A stretch of DNA of 63,830 bases, filler included, from Octopus bimaculoides (GCF_001194135.2; 5 parts of 5 records of this genome joined end to end with filler, not necessarily neighbours in it); one strand, 5' to 3'. Numbered from the whole stretch's first letter, positions 13,068 through 25,798 are shown. The notes: generated by a model not told the origin, from the letters alone. Program-made: numbers and translations.

Positions 13068-14415
13068 GACGGAAGCGGAGAACATTTCATAAACCAAAAC
13101 GTATCTTATAATGAAAAGAAAGAGGTCGGGTGGGGAGATACTAAAAAAGAAAGGAAAGGAAAACTTTGTTGGTTGAGGAATAAAGAAGAGTAGAGGACAA
13201 CTGGCAGTGACAGAATTATAAAGTAAGATTTTGTATTTACTTAGGTTTCTGTGTAAACTCTTCTGTAACTATTAATTGTCAGCTTCCCAGACAGAAAAAA
13301 AACGCTACGACCTTCACAACCTCTCTACCCCACCGCCGCTGCCGCCGTCGTCCCCGTCAGTGCCGTCTGCACCATCTGCATCGTCACCACCGCCACTGTA
13401 CCGTTACCCGCTGCTGTCAGTTTTCTACCGTTTCTGTTTACTTTATTTGGATTAAGATAAAAAAAAAAGAAAGAAAGAAATGATGATGACGGTGGAGNNN
13501 NNNNNNNNNNNNNNNNNNNNNNNNNNNNNNNNNNNNNNNNNNNNNNNNNNNNNNNNNNNNNNNNNNNNNNNNNNNNNNNNNNNNNNNNNNNNNNNNNNNN
13601 NNNNNNNNNNNNNNNNNNNNNNNNNNNNNNNNNNNNNNNNNNNNNNNNNNNNNNNNNNNNNNNNNNNNNNNNNNNNNNNNNNNNNNNNNNNNNNNNNNNN
13701 NNNNNNNNNNNNNNNNNNNNNNNNNNNNNNNNNNNNNNNNNNNNNNNNNNNNNNNNNNNNNNNNNNNNNNNNNNNNNNNNNNNNNNNNNNNNNNNNNNNN
13801 NNNNNNNNNNNNNNNNNNNNNNNNNNNNNNNNNNNNNNNNNNNNNNNNNNNNNNNNNNNNNNNNNNNNNNNNNNNNNNNNNNNNNNNNNNNNNNNNNNNN
13901 NNNNNNNNNNNNNNNNNNNNNNNNNNNNNNNNNNNNNNNNNNNNNNNNNNNNNNNNNNNNNNNNNNNNNNNNNNNNNNNNNNNNNNNNNNNNNNNNNNNN
14001 NNNNNNNNNNNNNNNNNNNNNNNNNNNNNNNNNNNNNNNNNNNNNNNNNNNNNNNNNNNNNNAAGGAGGAGGAGGAAGAAGAAGAAGGAGGAGGAGGAGG
14101 GAGAAGAAGGAGGAGGAGGAGGAGGAGGAGGAGGAGAAGAAGAAGAAGAAGAAGAAGAAGAAGAAGAAGAAGCACAATCATTGTCAAAAACATGAGTGAA
14201 GCCGTTGTGGGAGAAACAAACCAGGCTTGAATGTGATTCATGCCATTGAAAGAAAATTATGAATGTTGTTGAATGAATGAGCGAAGAAGAAGGTTGAGGG
14301 TGAGAAGGAGAAAGAAGAGAGCGGTAGAGTGAGGTGATAGTGGTGGGGTAGATTTAGGAGTGGGAGTACATTGGGTGGGGTATGCTTGAGGGTGATAAAT
14401 TTTGACCGAAGTCAC

Positions 14416-14459
14416 CGTATTTGAAGGATGGAGGACATTTCAGTTTCGAAATTTCGGTG
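14416..14459 (-). CDS. Candidate 44-nt exon (TEISKLKCPPSFKY)
   Basis: Long pyrimidine tract, GCTCAG acceptor and ACG|GTGACT donor. An island of unique sequence within microsatellite; no homology recognised. Confidence 0.2.
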
Positions 14460-15175
14460 CTGAGCAAACATGTGGAATGAGGAGAATGGAAAGAACAAAA
14501 ACAAACAATAACGAAAAGAGAGAGAGGAGAGACATTTAAAACGAAATGAGAATAAGGGTGACGGTGATGATGAGGGCCATGACGGTGTGCTTGTTGTTAA
14601 CAATGGTTGCGGTGGTGGTGGTGGTGGTTGTGGCATTGATGATGGTGAAGATGATGACGATGACAACGGTGATGGTTATGATAATGATGATGAAGAAGAC
14701 CACAATGGCGATCATGGCGACGATCATCATCATCATCATCATCCTCATGATGACAGTGACGACAACGATGACGATGATTAATTTCAACAACAACAACAAC
14801 ACAACAACGATACCAAAAATCGACGAATACTGCGACAACCACCACAGTAACGAACTTAAACAATAACGGCTACCGAGTTGTAACAACAGAATCTGAGGAA
14901 ACTTTGTGCTTAATTTGAGACATTTTAGGATAGTTATACGTTTGCATTTAACAACTAGAAAAGCACTCGGAGAGCTCAGACCTCCGCTGAGCAGCTCATT
15001 TCCACCCATATACACTCATGCTGAAAAGTCGCCCAATTTCCCAAACCAACACCGGCAAAAACATAACCTCCTTGACGGAGTTAAAAAAGAAACACAGCCA
15101 TATGATTTAAAAAAACCCTTTAAAAACAAGAATCATCTGAAGCAGTTATAATACATCAATGACAACAGCAAGCTA

Positions 15176-15262
15176 GTTTCACAGCGGCGTTGGAGGGAGC
15201 AAAACCTGAGCTTTTTGAGTCGATCCCAATAGTCAAGGCTTGCCATGTCATCCTCTGCAGAC
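15176..15262 (-). mobile_element. CR1-type LINE relic
   Basis: SLDYWDRLKKLRFCSLQRRCE resembles the CR1 post-RT motif YW.RLK.L.LYSLQRRRER. Confidence 0.6.
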
Positions 15263-15481
15263 CTCCATCAAGCAGCTCATTTTAAGATGGATACGTGAGT
15301 AAAATTACTAATTGAGAAACGAAAATAAACTTTGGAAACAGCAACGCCACCATAGGTTACGTTGAAAAGATGAACGTGTTTTCAAGGGAGATAATCAAAG
15401 AACGTAACATTGTAATACTTCATGTAAAGTAAATATAACAAATAAATCCATTAAAATTCCCGGATCACTACTAAAATTTCA

Positions 15482-15695
15482 TCATCTGTTCCTTGTGTCA
15501 TTACCAACTTTTCTTGCAAGTTTCATCAAATACCGTTCACAACTTTTTGAGTTATTTTGCACACTGACGGACAAACCAACGCCAATGAAAACATTACCTC
15601 CCTCCATGGCGGAGGTAATAAAATACATACTAATCATCATCATCACCACCACCATCATCATCATCATCATCGTCATCGTCATCATCATCATCATT

Positions 15696-15775
<80 letters not shown>

Positions 15776-15783
15776 CATTATTA

Positions 15784-15844
<61 letters not shown>

Positions 15845-15885
15845 CATTATTATTATTATTATTATTATCATTACTATTATTATCC
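15482..15885. repeat. Compound (CAT)/(ATT) microsatellite
   Basis: Direct inspection (tract mainly 15630-15885). Confidence 0.9.
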
Positions 15886-16075
15886 AAGCGGCGAGCTGGC
15901 ACAATCATTAGCACGCCGGAAGGTACTTAGCGATACTTCGTCTGCCACAACGTTCTGAGTTCAAATTCCGCCAAGGTCTACTTTGTCTTTCATCCTTTTG
16001 GTTGATGAAATAAGTACGAGTTATGCACTAGCCTCTTTTCCCAAAAATGTTTAAGGCCTTGTGCCTAGAGTAGAA
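15886..16075 (+). mobile_element. CORE-like SINE family A
   Basis: 'gcggcgagctggcacaatcattagcacgccgg...ctgagttcaaattccgccaaggtc'. Confidence 0.8.
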
Positions 16076-16274
16076 ATAATAATATTGTTCGACAACGAGA
16101 TCATTGTCAGAGAAAAATGAGAACAAAGATGTAGAATGTCCTACACTTAATGATGTCACCGAGGCGAATACTGTTTCGTCTCTAAGCAACGTCAAATTTT
16201 TCGGTAACGACGACGATGACAACAGTAGCAGCAGCAGTGACTGCAACAACAACATCAACAACAATACTAAAGAA

Positions 16275-17300
16275 ATGAATGTGCGTGGCCTAGGATCACT
16301 TGATTTAGACGTGGCTGTCATTAGTGAAACAAGGATCTCCGGAAAACACGCTCTAGCATCCATTTTCGAGGACTACGAGGTATTCTCATTTTGTGGTCTA
16401 TCGGGAGCCGTTGGCGGTGTAGCAGTGCTACTTCGGAAATCCTTGGATCTCCAAGTACAGGCTATCTTCCTAGATCTGGATGGTAGGGTGGTGGTCCTGG
16501 ACGTGAACAGCAGCGAAGGTGGCGCCTTTAGACTAGTGGCTGTTTATGACCCAACAGGGGCTGCAAGGCCAGATTTCTTCAGGCGTCTAGAAACATTCTT
16601 GAGAACGTCTCGCACTTTAGTACTAGTGGGGGAACTGGAATAGTATTTTGGACGTACGGAAAGACTGTGTGGGTTTAGTAACTAGCAGTAGTGGGTGTAA
16701 AAGCCTCGAAAACCTGCTCAGGGCTTTCCAGACAGGTATCCAATGGATTTCCCTGATATGCCAATGTAGGCATGGAGCAACCACAGTGGGCCATTCAAAT
16801 CGTATTTAGATAGAGTATTTGTTAATTCAGAAGATAGGGACAGCATAGGTTGTCCACAATTTAAATTGGTCGGCTACACAAAACACAATTTTTTGATAAG
16901 CACAGTCGATTTAGATAGGACAAGGACCCGGTTATTGGAAGGGGAAAACGTCAGCAACTGGTGGTGGATCACTCTGAAGAGAGCGATTAGAGTAGAATCA
17001 ATAGCGTTTAGCAAAGATTTAGCAAACTAGATGTGGCTTTTAGTAAGGGAATCGCAACTGACGTGTTATCGGCGAGAGTGGCCCTTGACCATTTATTCGA
17101 AGCGAAACACGAAGCATGCATTATCAGAGCTAAGGCCCGTGCGTTAAAACAGGAAGGAACTAAAGCCGTCCGGTGGGCCCGAACAGTAGAGACACGACAT
17201 GGAAACAAAACCACGATCAGGTCTTTGACGGATCAGGACAGGCACGTGCTATTCGGTTCTGAGCAGATGTGCGCGGCTTTTCAGCAGCACTTTACGTGCT
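16275..17300 (+). mobile_element. Tx1/L1-clade LINE ORF2 5' fragment (AP endonuclease plus tower), decayed
   Basis: MNVRGL..SETR..GGVAVLL..DGRVVVLDV..RLVAVY.PT..LVLVG; downstream SYLDRVFV, GPGYWK, WWITLKRAIR and QMCAAFQQHF appear in shifted frames. Confidence 0.85.
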
Positions 17301-17806
17301 GTATGGAGAGGAAAGTGGCAGGGGCAATAGCGAAATGTCTTCATTTAATTCAACGCAGACATTTAAATTGTTAGGCTTTTTCTAAGGATGTGGGTAGTAC
17401 TGATATATGGTTCTCCTGGGATGTTGTCTGCAGCGAAATGGCAGAATCGTTAGTACGCCGGGAAAAATGCTGAGCAGTATTTTGAGTTCAAATTACGCCG
17501 AGGTCGACTTTGCTTTTTATACTTTTGTGGCCAATAGAATAGTACCAGTTGAACACTGGGGTCAATAGTACAGGTTGTACCTATATTGTGTTCATGCAGG
17601 TTCTTTTCCGACTCATTACATCTTGAGTTCTAATTCTGACTTGGTAAATTTTGTGTTTTTTTTTTATTATTTCGGGATTTCTAAAATAAAGAAGCAGTCA
17701 AATATTGAGGTTAATTGTAATGACTAACATCCTTTCTTCAAAACTTTTGGCCTCGTTTCTAAACTAAGAACTATTATTTTTTACAAGAAATGTATACGCT
17801 CTAGCC

Positions 17807-18663
17807 CACTGGTTCTCAACGTGGGTCCACATGACCCTGGTGGCGGGTGGCGGAGTTCCACATAAGATTTCGTTATTAAAATTTATCTGCAATAGACTGG
17901 TGATATTTTTACATTACACAAAATACTGTTTTATTTTTATACAATTCCTAATATTTCTTTATTTTTTCTTTTACTTGCTTCAGTCATTAAACTGCAGTCA
18001 TGTTGAGACACCGCCTTGAAGAATTTTTAGTCGAATGAATAGATCCCAGTTCGTTTTTTTTTTTTTAAGTCTGGTACTTATCGGTTTTACCGAATCGCTA
18101 AGTTACGGGGACATAAACATACCAACACTGGTTGTAAAGCGGCGTCGGAGACAAACACAAACACAAAGACATACACAAGTTAATATGTGTGGGGTGGGAC
18201 GTATGCACATACATATGACAGGTTTTACTCACTTTCCATCTACCAAATCTATTCTCAAGGGTTTGGTCTACCCGAGGTTTTAGGAGACCAGTCTTGCCCA
18301 AGGTGCCACGCAGAGGGAGTGATCCCTGAACAATGCGGTTGAAAACCAAATTTCTTAACACACACCCACGCCTGTGCCTATATTTAATTAAAAGAGTGCA
18401 ATGAAATTATTTAACAAAAAACTAAATACTGTTTATAAATTAATAAAGGACTGAACCAGTGCGTGTGTTTATTACCGGCATAATGCCTCTCCCAAGGTTT
18501 AATTGTATTTCTTTCAACACACGTATCCACATCAAGAATCTTGCACACGAAATACACATACGAAATATTATGAATTTGTTAAACATCAAATGGGTAGAAG
18601 GGTTCACCTGAGTAAAATAAATATCAAAGGAATACATAGGTAAAAAGCGATTGACAAACACTG
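17807..18663. mobile_element. Non-autonomous hAT (Charlie-like) element containing a nested SINE B
   Basis: Termini CACTGGTTCTCAAC / rc CAGTGTTTGTCAAT. 8-bp flanks CTCTAGCC and CTCTAGAT resemble the NTCTAGAN Charlie target. Confidence 0.65.
17970..18380 (-). mobile_element. tRNA-SINE family B, full length
   Basis: Reverse complement of the 23250-23665 type ('gcgtggcaccttgggcaag', internal CA tract, 'gactgaagcaagtaaaag' tail). Confidence 0.85.
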
Positions 18664-18904
18664 CTCTAGATACAGTTACATACAATTGTCCATAAAAGCG
18701 TATCATTGCCTTTCTTTTCAATTTTTCATTGTTACTGAAATTATTGAAAATATATCGAAAGAACAAAAGATTTAAATTATCTTAAATATGGAATGAAATC
18801 GAAGATATAATGTATATAGCTCTGGTCATGACACATCATATTTATACTTGAAACACGTCTCTCTCGTGAACTCTTTGAAGAGAAAGCCTCAGGCACCACA
18901 CCAC

Positions 18905-19329
18905 GTGTAGCATTCAAATACCGTCACCGTGACCAGCTAAAAGTCACGCTCTTCCGCTGCACTGACCCAAATACCTGGGAGATAATCGCCAAGCACCACT
19001 CAAAATGGCTGCATGACATCGTCAATGAAATAGAGCTGATGGAAAATAACAGACGACAAGAGGCGAAGATCAGATGTCAAACATGCTAAGAGTAACTCGC
19101 AATTCCTTGTCCTCGTAGCCCTCTCTTACGATAAATGCTCCCGACTATTCTATACCACCATTGGAAATCTCAAACTCGGCTTCCGAGACCACTCCCAAGA
19201 ACACCCTCCTCCGCTTTTCTATTGACCCAAATATCTGGAAACAATCGCTAAGAACCGCCCAAGGTGTGGTCGTGTATATGTGTGTGTGTGTATGTATGTA
19301 TGTATGCATGCATGTATGTATGTATACAC

Positions 19330-19362
<33 letters not shown>

Positions 19363-19630
19363 TGACAGACTTCTTTCAGTTTCTGCCTACCAAATCCACT
19401 CACAAGGCTTTGGTCGGCCCGAAGCTATAGCAGATGTCATGCAGTGAGGCTGTACCCAAAACCATATGATTGAGAAGCAAACGTCGAGAGAACGGACCAG
19501 ATAGAAAATAACAGACGTCAAGAAGCAGAAATCAGACGTCGAAGACGCAAAGTACGACTCTTACATCCTCGTTCCCGTCAACTCTCTCCTCCAATAAATG
19601 CCTCCGATTCTTCTATACCACCCTAGGCCT
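18905..19630 (+). mobile_element. Two tandem RTE (BovB-like) LINE C-terminal relics, interrupted by a SINE B fragment (about 19362-19486)
   Basis: YRHRDQLKVTL..TDPNTWEIIAKHHSKWLHDIVNEIELMENNRRQEAK; second copy IDPNIWK...IENNRRQEAEIRRRRRK. Confidence 0.6.
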
Positions 19631-20089
19631 GAACAGGCACTGGCACCCTTCACTCTCACCACGGATTAACTGCACGAATACAAACTGATGCCGATGACAA
19701 CTTATAGAATAAATATTATTTGGAAAAAGGGGGGAAAATCAATTAAAATCAATATTTAATAGCATTGCCGTCATTACATTGTTATACCAGAATAATTATC
19801 ACATCGTTGGTCATTAGACTCATTTTGTCATTAATGGTCATTTACATAAATTGATTTAATACTACTTAACAACGTTTCGCGTGGTAGGTTCTTTCTTTTT
19901 TTTTTTGTTTTGTTTTGTTTTCATTATCTTTTGACGTTAACTACCCCAAAATTCTGAGCTAATTTTTTTCGCCTTATATGCAACATATAACTAACTATTC
20001 ATGTACACGTATTAATGGAGTATTTAAATCCTTCTCTTATTAAATATTTGACCGTGTGTTTTATTAATTGTCATTAAATAAAGATAATC

Positions 20090-20670
20090 TTACAAAAAAC
20101 AGTAAAAATTTAAACTTCAATCAATAGATATCAAACACCACTTATTAAGAAACCTTCATTGCACTTACAATGTAAAGTAACAATTTCTAGTCTTCTTTCA
20201 TTACAACTTAATTGCAAAATATTACATGATGAGCATATTTTAAAATTTAATCTGTGGTAGCATACAAGATGCATAAATGAACTGGGTAATTCAATTGAAT
20301 AGTGTTAAATAACTGCCCAATTAACACTAATTATTTGATTTCCAAGCAGAAGCAACTAATTTGCAATGCCTCCTTGTTTCTGTGACTCGGATATTTTGAA
20401 TTTAAGCGATATTGAATAAAATGTTGCCAGAGATGTGATCATTTGAGGCATTTATAAACAAAAAAAATCCAGGAGACAGCCGTGGAAGAATAGGTAACAT
20501 TGCCTGTAATATTGGCTGATCATTCTCCGATATGTATAGTTGATACCAATATCTTGAGAATATTTATCCATCACAAGAATGGCTAATTTGGGTATAATGA
20601 CTGCTTCATCAATGATAATTAAGTCTTGGTTCCTCTTAATTAGACTTATTTCAGAGAATTATTGATTTCT
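20090..20670 (-). mobile_element. Helitron PIF1-helicase relic
   Basis: QDLIIIDEAVIIPK..QDI; YRQC(L)PILPR after a frameshift; CLK*SHLWQHFIQYRL..IRV; LLLLGN; IELPSSF. These follow the Helitron helicase motif order IIIDE / DFRQ.LP / SS.LW..F / WLL.IG. Confidence 0.65.
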
Positions 20671-20830
20671 AATTTTGGTTCACTCCAGCGATTTCAGGGA
20701 GGGAAGTAAGCCGATTACATCGACCCCAGTGCTCAACTGGTACTCATTTTATCGACTCCGGCGAAATTTGATCTCAGAACGTAGGGAAGGACGAAATGCT
20801 GCTAAGCATTTTTCCGACGCGCTAACAATT
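20665..20830 (-). mobile_element. CORE-like SINE family A (deleted)
   Basis: 'gattacatcgaccccagtgctcaactggtactcattttatcgactcc'. Confidence 0.75.
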
Positions 20831-21649
20831 CTGCCATCTAACTGGCTTAATGTAGGAAAAATGTTACAAGTACTTATGTCAATTAAACGTCTCGCACCTA
20901 ACAGTGGTGTAGCAGTAACAGCTGTCCATGCAACACTTGTTACTTTTAAATTGTGACTCATAAGACAAGAAATGATAATATTCATTTGATAAGTTTTAGC
21001 ACTTCCTCTGCAAGCAACGGTATAAAAGCAACTCCATTATGGAGCACTCCTCGCCTTTTCAACTGCATCTGTCACTACATTTTCAATTAGTTATTTTTCT
21101 TTATTCAGACTGTTTAAAATATCTAAATAAGTTCTCGTTCGTTTATATCCCGAAAGTCTCCCCAACGTTTCTATTCTCCGACAAAGTATTCCATTTTCGA
21201 TTAAAAGTTGATTTATCGGCTGAAGAGAGAAGTTTAGCTTTCTGCGTCTTTTCTTTCTTATCCTCTATGTAAACGATCTTCAATCAAACTGTTCTCTGAA
21301 AGACATCCAAAACTGAATGACATTTGAGGATTACAAAAGACACAAATAGCTGCAAATATTTCTCAAAGTTTTGAGGACATTCTAAACGTTGAAGTATCTT
21401 CTGAATTGATCTTAAACTCATTGTAGTTTTCCAATACTTCTAGTCATATGCAAGAATCTTCAAATTTCAGCATAATACACAATTTCACCTTGAACTCTCC
21501 TCTATTTTCTATAGTACCGCATTCTTGGGACGTGAAGCAGTTATCACTTGGAGATAACGTTGGAATAACCAAATTCATACAGGCAATAATTTTATGTTTC
21601 CTTCGTCTGACTGTCTATTTTTTAGTAATCTTCATTGAATTCAATATTT

Positions 21650-22270
21650 ATCCCCACTCAAACATGAGATGTTCTGTTAGATCAATTATACTCCGGTAGA
21701 TACCATGAGAGAAATTCTCATATTAGCTTTTTTGATGTAATATGCACTCTTGTTTATATCGCTAGCTGACATATAAATCTCCGATAACACCAGCGCCATG
21801 GCCACCAGCTCACGTGATTTCGACGTTGTTTGTCTTGTCAATAATGAACATTCGACAGATAGAGACAGTAGCGATTCAGCTCTCCGCCAGCAATATATAG
21901 ATTGACAGTACCAGAACACGTGCAGGTGTCGCGATTAGCCAGTTAGCTTTAAAAATATAAAATATATAGTAGCGACAGAGACAATATCAATAGCGAGAGT
22001 TGATGAATCTGTCTCTACCGGTCGAGTATCCATCATTGACAAGACCAAGCAGGGGCGAAATCACGTGATCTGCTGATCTCGGTAATAAAGATAATAGGGA
22101 TTTATCTCCCCGTTAGCGATATTAACAAGAGTGTGCATTTTGCACCAAAATACCAATATGAGAGTTTTCTCGTGGTAACTACCACAGTATAGTCTGTTCT
22201 AAAAGAACAACCACATTTAAGTGCGAATAAATATTATCAGTATTAATACTGACTCTGTTGCTAATATATA
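21650..22270. repeat. Unclassified repeat family Y forming a long imperfect palindrome
   Basis: Left arm (about 21650-21880) is the reverse complement of the right arm (about 21990-22235), e.g. cacgtgatttcg..gtcttgtcaataatg versus catcattgacaagacc..cgaaatcacgtg. Confidence 0.8.
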
Positions 22271-22789
22271 TTTTATACAGTATATACATACAGTATATAT
22301 ATAATATATAGTATTTATATACAGTATATATATATAATATAAAGGAAATTGCAGATTACAGGTATTAACGTAAATTTTCCATTTCCATTGTTGAATTGGA
22401 ACTATGCACTGAGATATACATACAGTATATATATAATATATAGTATTTATAGGGATTTATCTCCCCGTTAGCGATATAAACAATATAAACAGTATATATA
22501 TATAATATATAGTATTTATATACAGTATATTTTTCTTGCTTGAAGACCTTTTCCCACTTTTCTTGCTTGAAGACCTTTTCCTGTTTGAAATACTCTTTTC
22601 TTGAACAGGAAGATGAATGGTAAGTCTATAAACTATATCAGACATTATGTATCTTACACTGATATAACGCTCTCTCGGATCTATGGAACACACAAGCCCC
22701 TTGAGTCGGTCCTTTCCATGATCAGCTGCTTAGACATGTGGAAATCAAGTCCTTCCTGTCCTGCAAATATGTCTCCGCCTTTAAAACTT

Positions 22790-23130
22790 ATATGAAGCTT
22801 ATATCAATATAAGATAATTTAGATATGATTCGGCCAAAGATTGACCCAGGCAATGACTAACTTAATGGCTCTACCTCATAGAATCTTCTAAGTTAAGTTT
22901 TGTGGTATCGTGGTTCAATCAAGTTGGGAGATATTGTTGACTAAGATGTAACCTGGTATAGGTGGCTTACCTGGTGTCCCCTTAAGAAATTTGTACAGGT
23001 TTCGTTTGAATGTGATGGGATCTTGGGTACAAGTTGCAGAGTAACTCCGAAAATTGAAACAATAAAGACCTCGTCTTTCAAATGTATTTATTTTAGTTTC
23101 AAATAAAATTAAAGAAAAACATACTACTAT
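22790..23130 (-). mobile_element. CR1 LINE 3' end relic
   Basis: RGLYCFN..TQDPITFKRNLYKFLKGTPGKPPIPGY..NNIS resembles the CR1 C-terminus G..LFN..FK..LD.FL..IPD.P..PGY. Confidence 0.7.
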
Positions 23131-23249
23131 GTTCCTGGTTAATTTTAAATACAAATGTTGATTTTGCATACTTTACATGTAAAAAAAACCCTAAAGAATT
23201 CTAGATACTGACACGCAAATTCCTGATGCTTTCATATGTTTAACATATA

Positions 23250-23665
23250 GGTGCAGGCGTGGCTGTGTGGTAAGAAACTTACTTCCCTATCACATGGTTC
23301 CGGGTTCAGTCCCATGGCGTGGCACCTTGGGCAAGTGTTTTCTACTATAGCCTCGGGCCGACCAAAACCTTGTGAGTGGATTTGGTAGACGGAAACTGAA
23401 AGAAGCCTGTTGCATATTTGTGTGCATGCGTGTGTTTGTATGTGTGTGTATTTATGAGTGTGTGTGTGTTTGCCACCCCCGCCATCGCTTGACAACTGAT
23501 GCTGGTGTGTTTATGTCCTCGTAAATTAGCGATTCGGCAAAAGAACCGACAGAATAAATACTTGGCTAACAAAGAATAAGTCCTGGGGTCGATTTCTTCG
23601 ACTAAAAGCCTTTAGGGTGGTGCTCCAGCATGGTCGAAGTCAAATGACTGAAATGAGAAAAAAAA
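23250..23665 (+). mobile_element. tRNA-SINE family B, full length (partial second copy at 23745-23880)
   Basis: A-box 'tggctgtgtggtaag', B-box-like 'gggttcagtccc', 'gcgtggcaccttgggcaag', TG tract, tail 'gtcaaatgactgaaa'. Confidence 0.9.
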
Positions 23666-23987
23666 AAGAATGCATGTATGTATGTATGTATGTACATATA
23701 GAGAGATAGAGGGAGGAGGGAGAGAGAGAGGAAGTTTACTTTTCAGTCACATGGTTCCGGGTTCTGTGTGATATCTTGGCCAAGTGTCTTCTGCATTAGA
23801 GAAGGGCCGACCAGAGCCTTATCAATGGATTTGGTGGACGGAAACAGAAAGAAGTCCCTTGTATATATGTATGTCTGTATATATATAATCAGGCAAACTA
23901 CAAGGAATGTTGTGTAACTCTGCGTCGGCAAGGCTTGAAAAAAATATAGAAAAAGGGAAAGGGATACAGTGAACTTGCCGTGAGGAG

Positions 23988-24032
23988 TAGAATATCCAAC
24001 GTTTCGGATTCAATCCTTCGTCAGCGGGTAGA
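23988..24032 (-). ncRNA. Degenerate minimal hammerhead-like motif (Penelope-type terminus)
   Basis: Minus strand reads CTGACGA-A-GGAT-tga-ATCC-GAAAC-GTT with the palindromic AACGTT. Stem I is poorly paired. Confidence 0.45.
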
Positions 24033-24554
24033 GAAAAAGAGAAGTTGAAGAAAGACAGAGTTTACATCCTCACAGTTTTTCAAGCAATTATATTTTACGA
24101 TTCCTTATTGCTACTGTTTATATCTCGCTCACAGATTTAATATATAGTTTATTTCTCCTTTCCCGAGATTAGTGACAGTTTGTCGCTGGAAAAAAAGCAT
24201 ATAGTATTTTGCGAGTGGAATGAGTTTTCATCATTAGCTGGTGATTAACACACGCTGAGGACGGCTAACCACCCAGAAACTCAATTACATGGTGGTGGTG
24301 GTGGTGGTGGTGGTGGTGGTGGTGGTGATTTGCTTTAGTTTTTGCTGTACTGGATTATGTAGGTATCGGTCAGGCTAACTTATGACTGCAACGGTAATTT
24401 TTCACCTCTTTTCAGACCATTCTACTCAGAACGCACTATTCGATGAGCTGCTAGTGTTTTAAAAGCATCGAATTATTAACATACAAGAGAAATCACTAAT
24501 TATGAAATAATAACAAAGGAAAGACAGAATCACTAGAACATCAAATAGAATGTC

Positions 24555-24900
24555 TTAATCCTTTGTTCTAACAGAACATCCATGTTTAAGTGGGGATGAA
24601 TATTACCTCTCCGTATTAATACTGCCTCTGTCGCTAATATATATAAATATATATATGTTTTTACAAGCTAACTGGTTAATCGCGGCTGCAGCACCAATTC
24701 TGCGACTGGTAATCTATATAACGCTGGCAGAGAGATGAGTCGCTGTTGCCTCACGCGGGCGAATATCCATCTTTGACAAGACCAAAATAACCTTGAGACC
24801 TACTGGTTTCGGCGCTGGAGATAGCGGGATTTATCTCCCCGTAGAGATATAAACTAGAGTGCATTTTGCACCAAGACTACCGAAGTATATAGTTTGTTGT
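24555..24900. repeat. Repeat family Y copy
   Basis: Shares 'gttctaacagaac..taagtggggat', 'gctaactggttaatcgcg' and 'gggatttatctccccgt' with 21650-22270. Confidence 0.75.
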
Positions 24901-25095
24901 TTTGTAACATATTTTTTTGTGCAAATCTTAGCAAATCAAATCTCAGTCAAATCACATCGCATCATATTAGCACATGATGCAAGCTACATTAGATAATGCA
25001 ATCTAGTTTATACTATTGCAAATGTAAGAAAGACGAAATAATTACGGTCGGAGTATCTTCCATAATAGGTCTCCTTTATCACTACCGAACTGCGA

Positions 25096-25123
25096 CTAGG
25101 CTACTACTACTACTACTACTACG

Positions 25124-25186
<63 letters not shown>

Positions 25187-25404
25187 TCTGCTTCTGCTGC
25201 TGCTGCTGCTACTGCTGCTGTTGCTGCTATAACTGCAGCTCCTGCTGCTTTTGATAATGCTACTACAACTACAACTACAACTGCTGCTACTAATGCTATT
25301 GCAGCTGCTGCTGCTGTTGCTCTTGATATTACTAGTACAACCACTACTATAACTAGAACTACTCTTACTGCTGCTGCTCTTGGTAATGCTACAATAACAA
25401 CCAA

Positions 25405-25447
<43 letters not shown>

Positions 25448-25448
25448 G

Positions 25449-25496
<48 letters not shown>

Positions 25497-25727
25497 TTAC
25501 TACTACTACTATTGTTGTTAATTTTCTTTATATTTCTACTGTTTCTTTTCTCTCTTTTTCTTTGTTTTTACAGTATTGTACTCACTTGCGTACGTTTATT
25601 TCCGGTTGGGTATTTTTATATTTTTGGTTTCGGAAAAAAAAAACAAAAAGCGATAAAAAATGACTATCGCCAGTTTCCTACTGTAACATAAAACTACCAC
25701 TATTACCGCCGCAGCTACTACAACCAA

Positions 25728-25798
<71 letters not shown>

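Noticed and set aside
16104-16643. 179-aa ORF that could look like a domesticated endonuclease gene
   Set aside because: The N-terminus is microsatellite-derived, and the APE domain lacks part of its N-terminal motifs and stops at the GDWN-equivalent. It is a decayed Tx1 copy.
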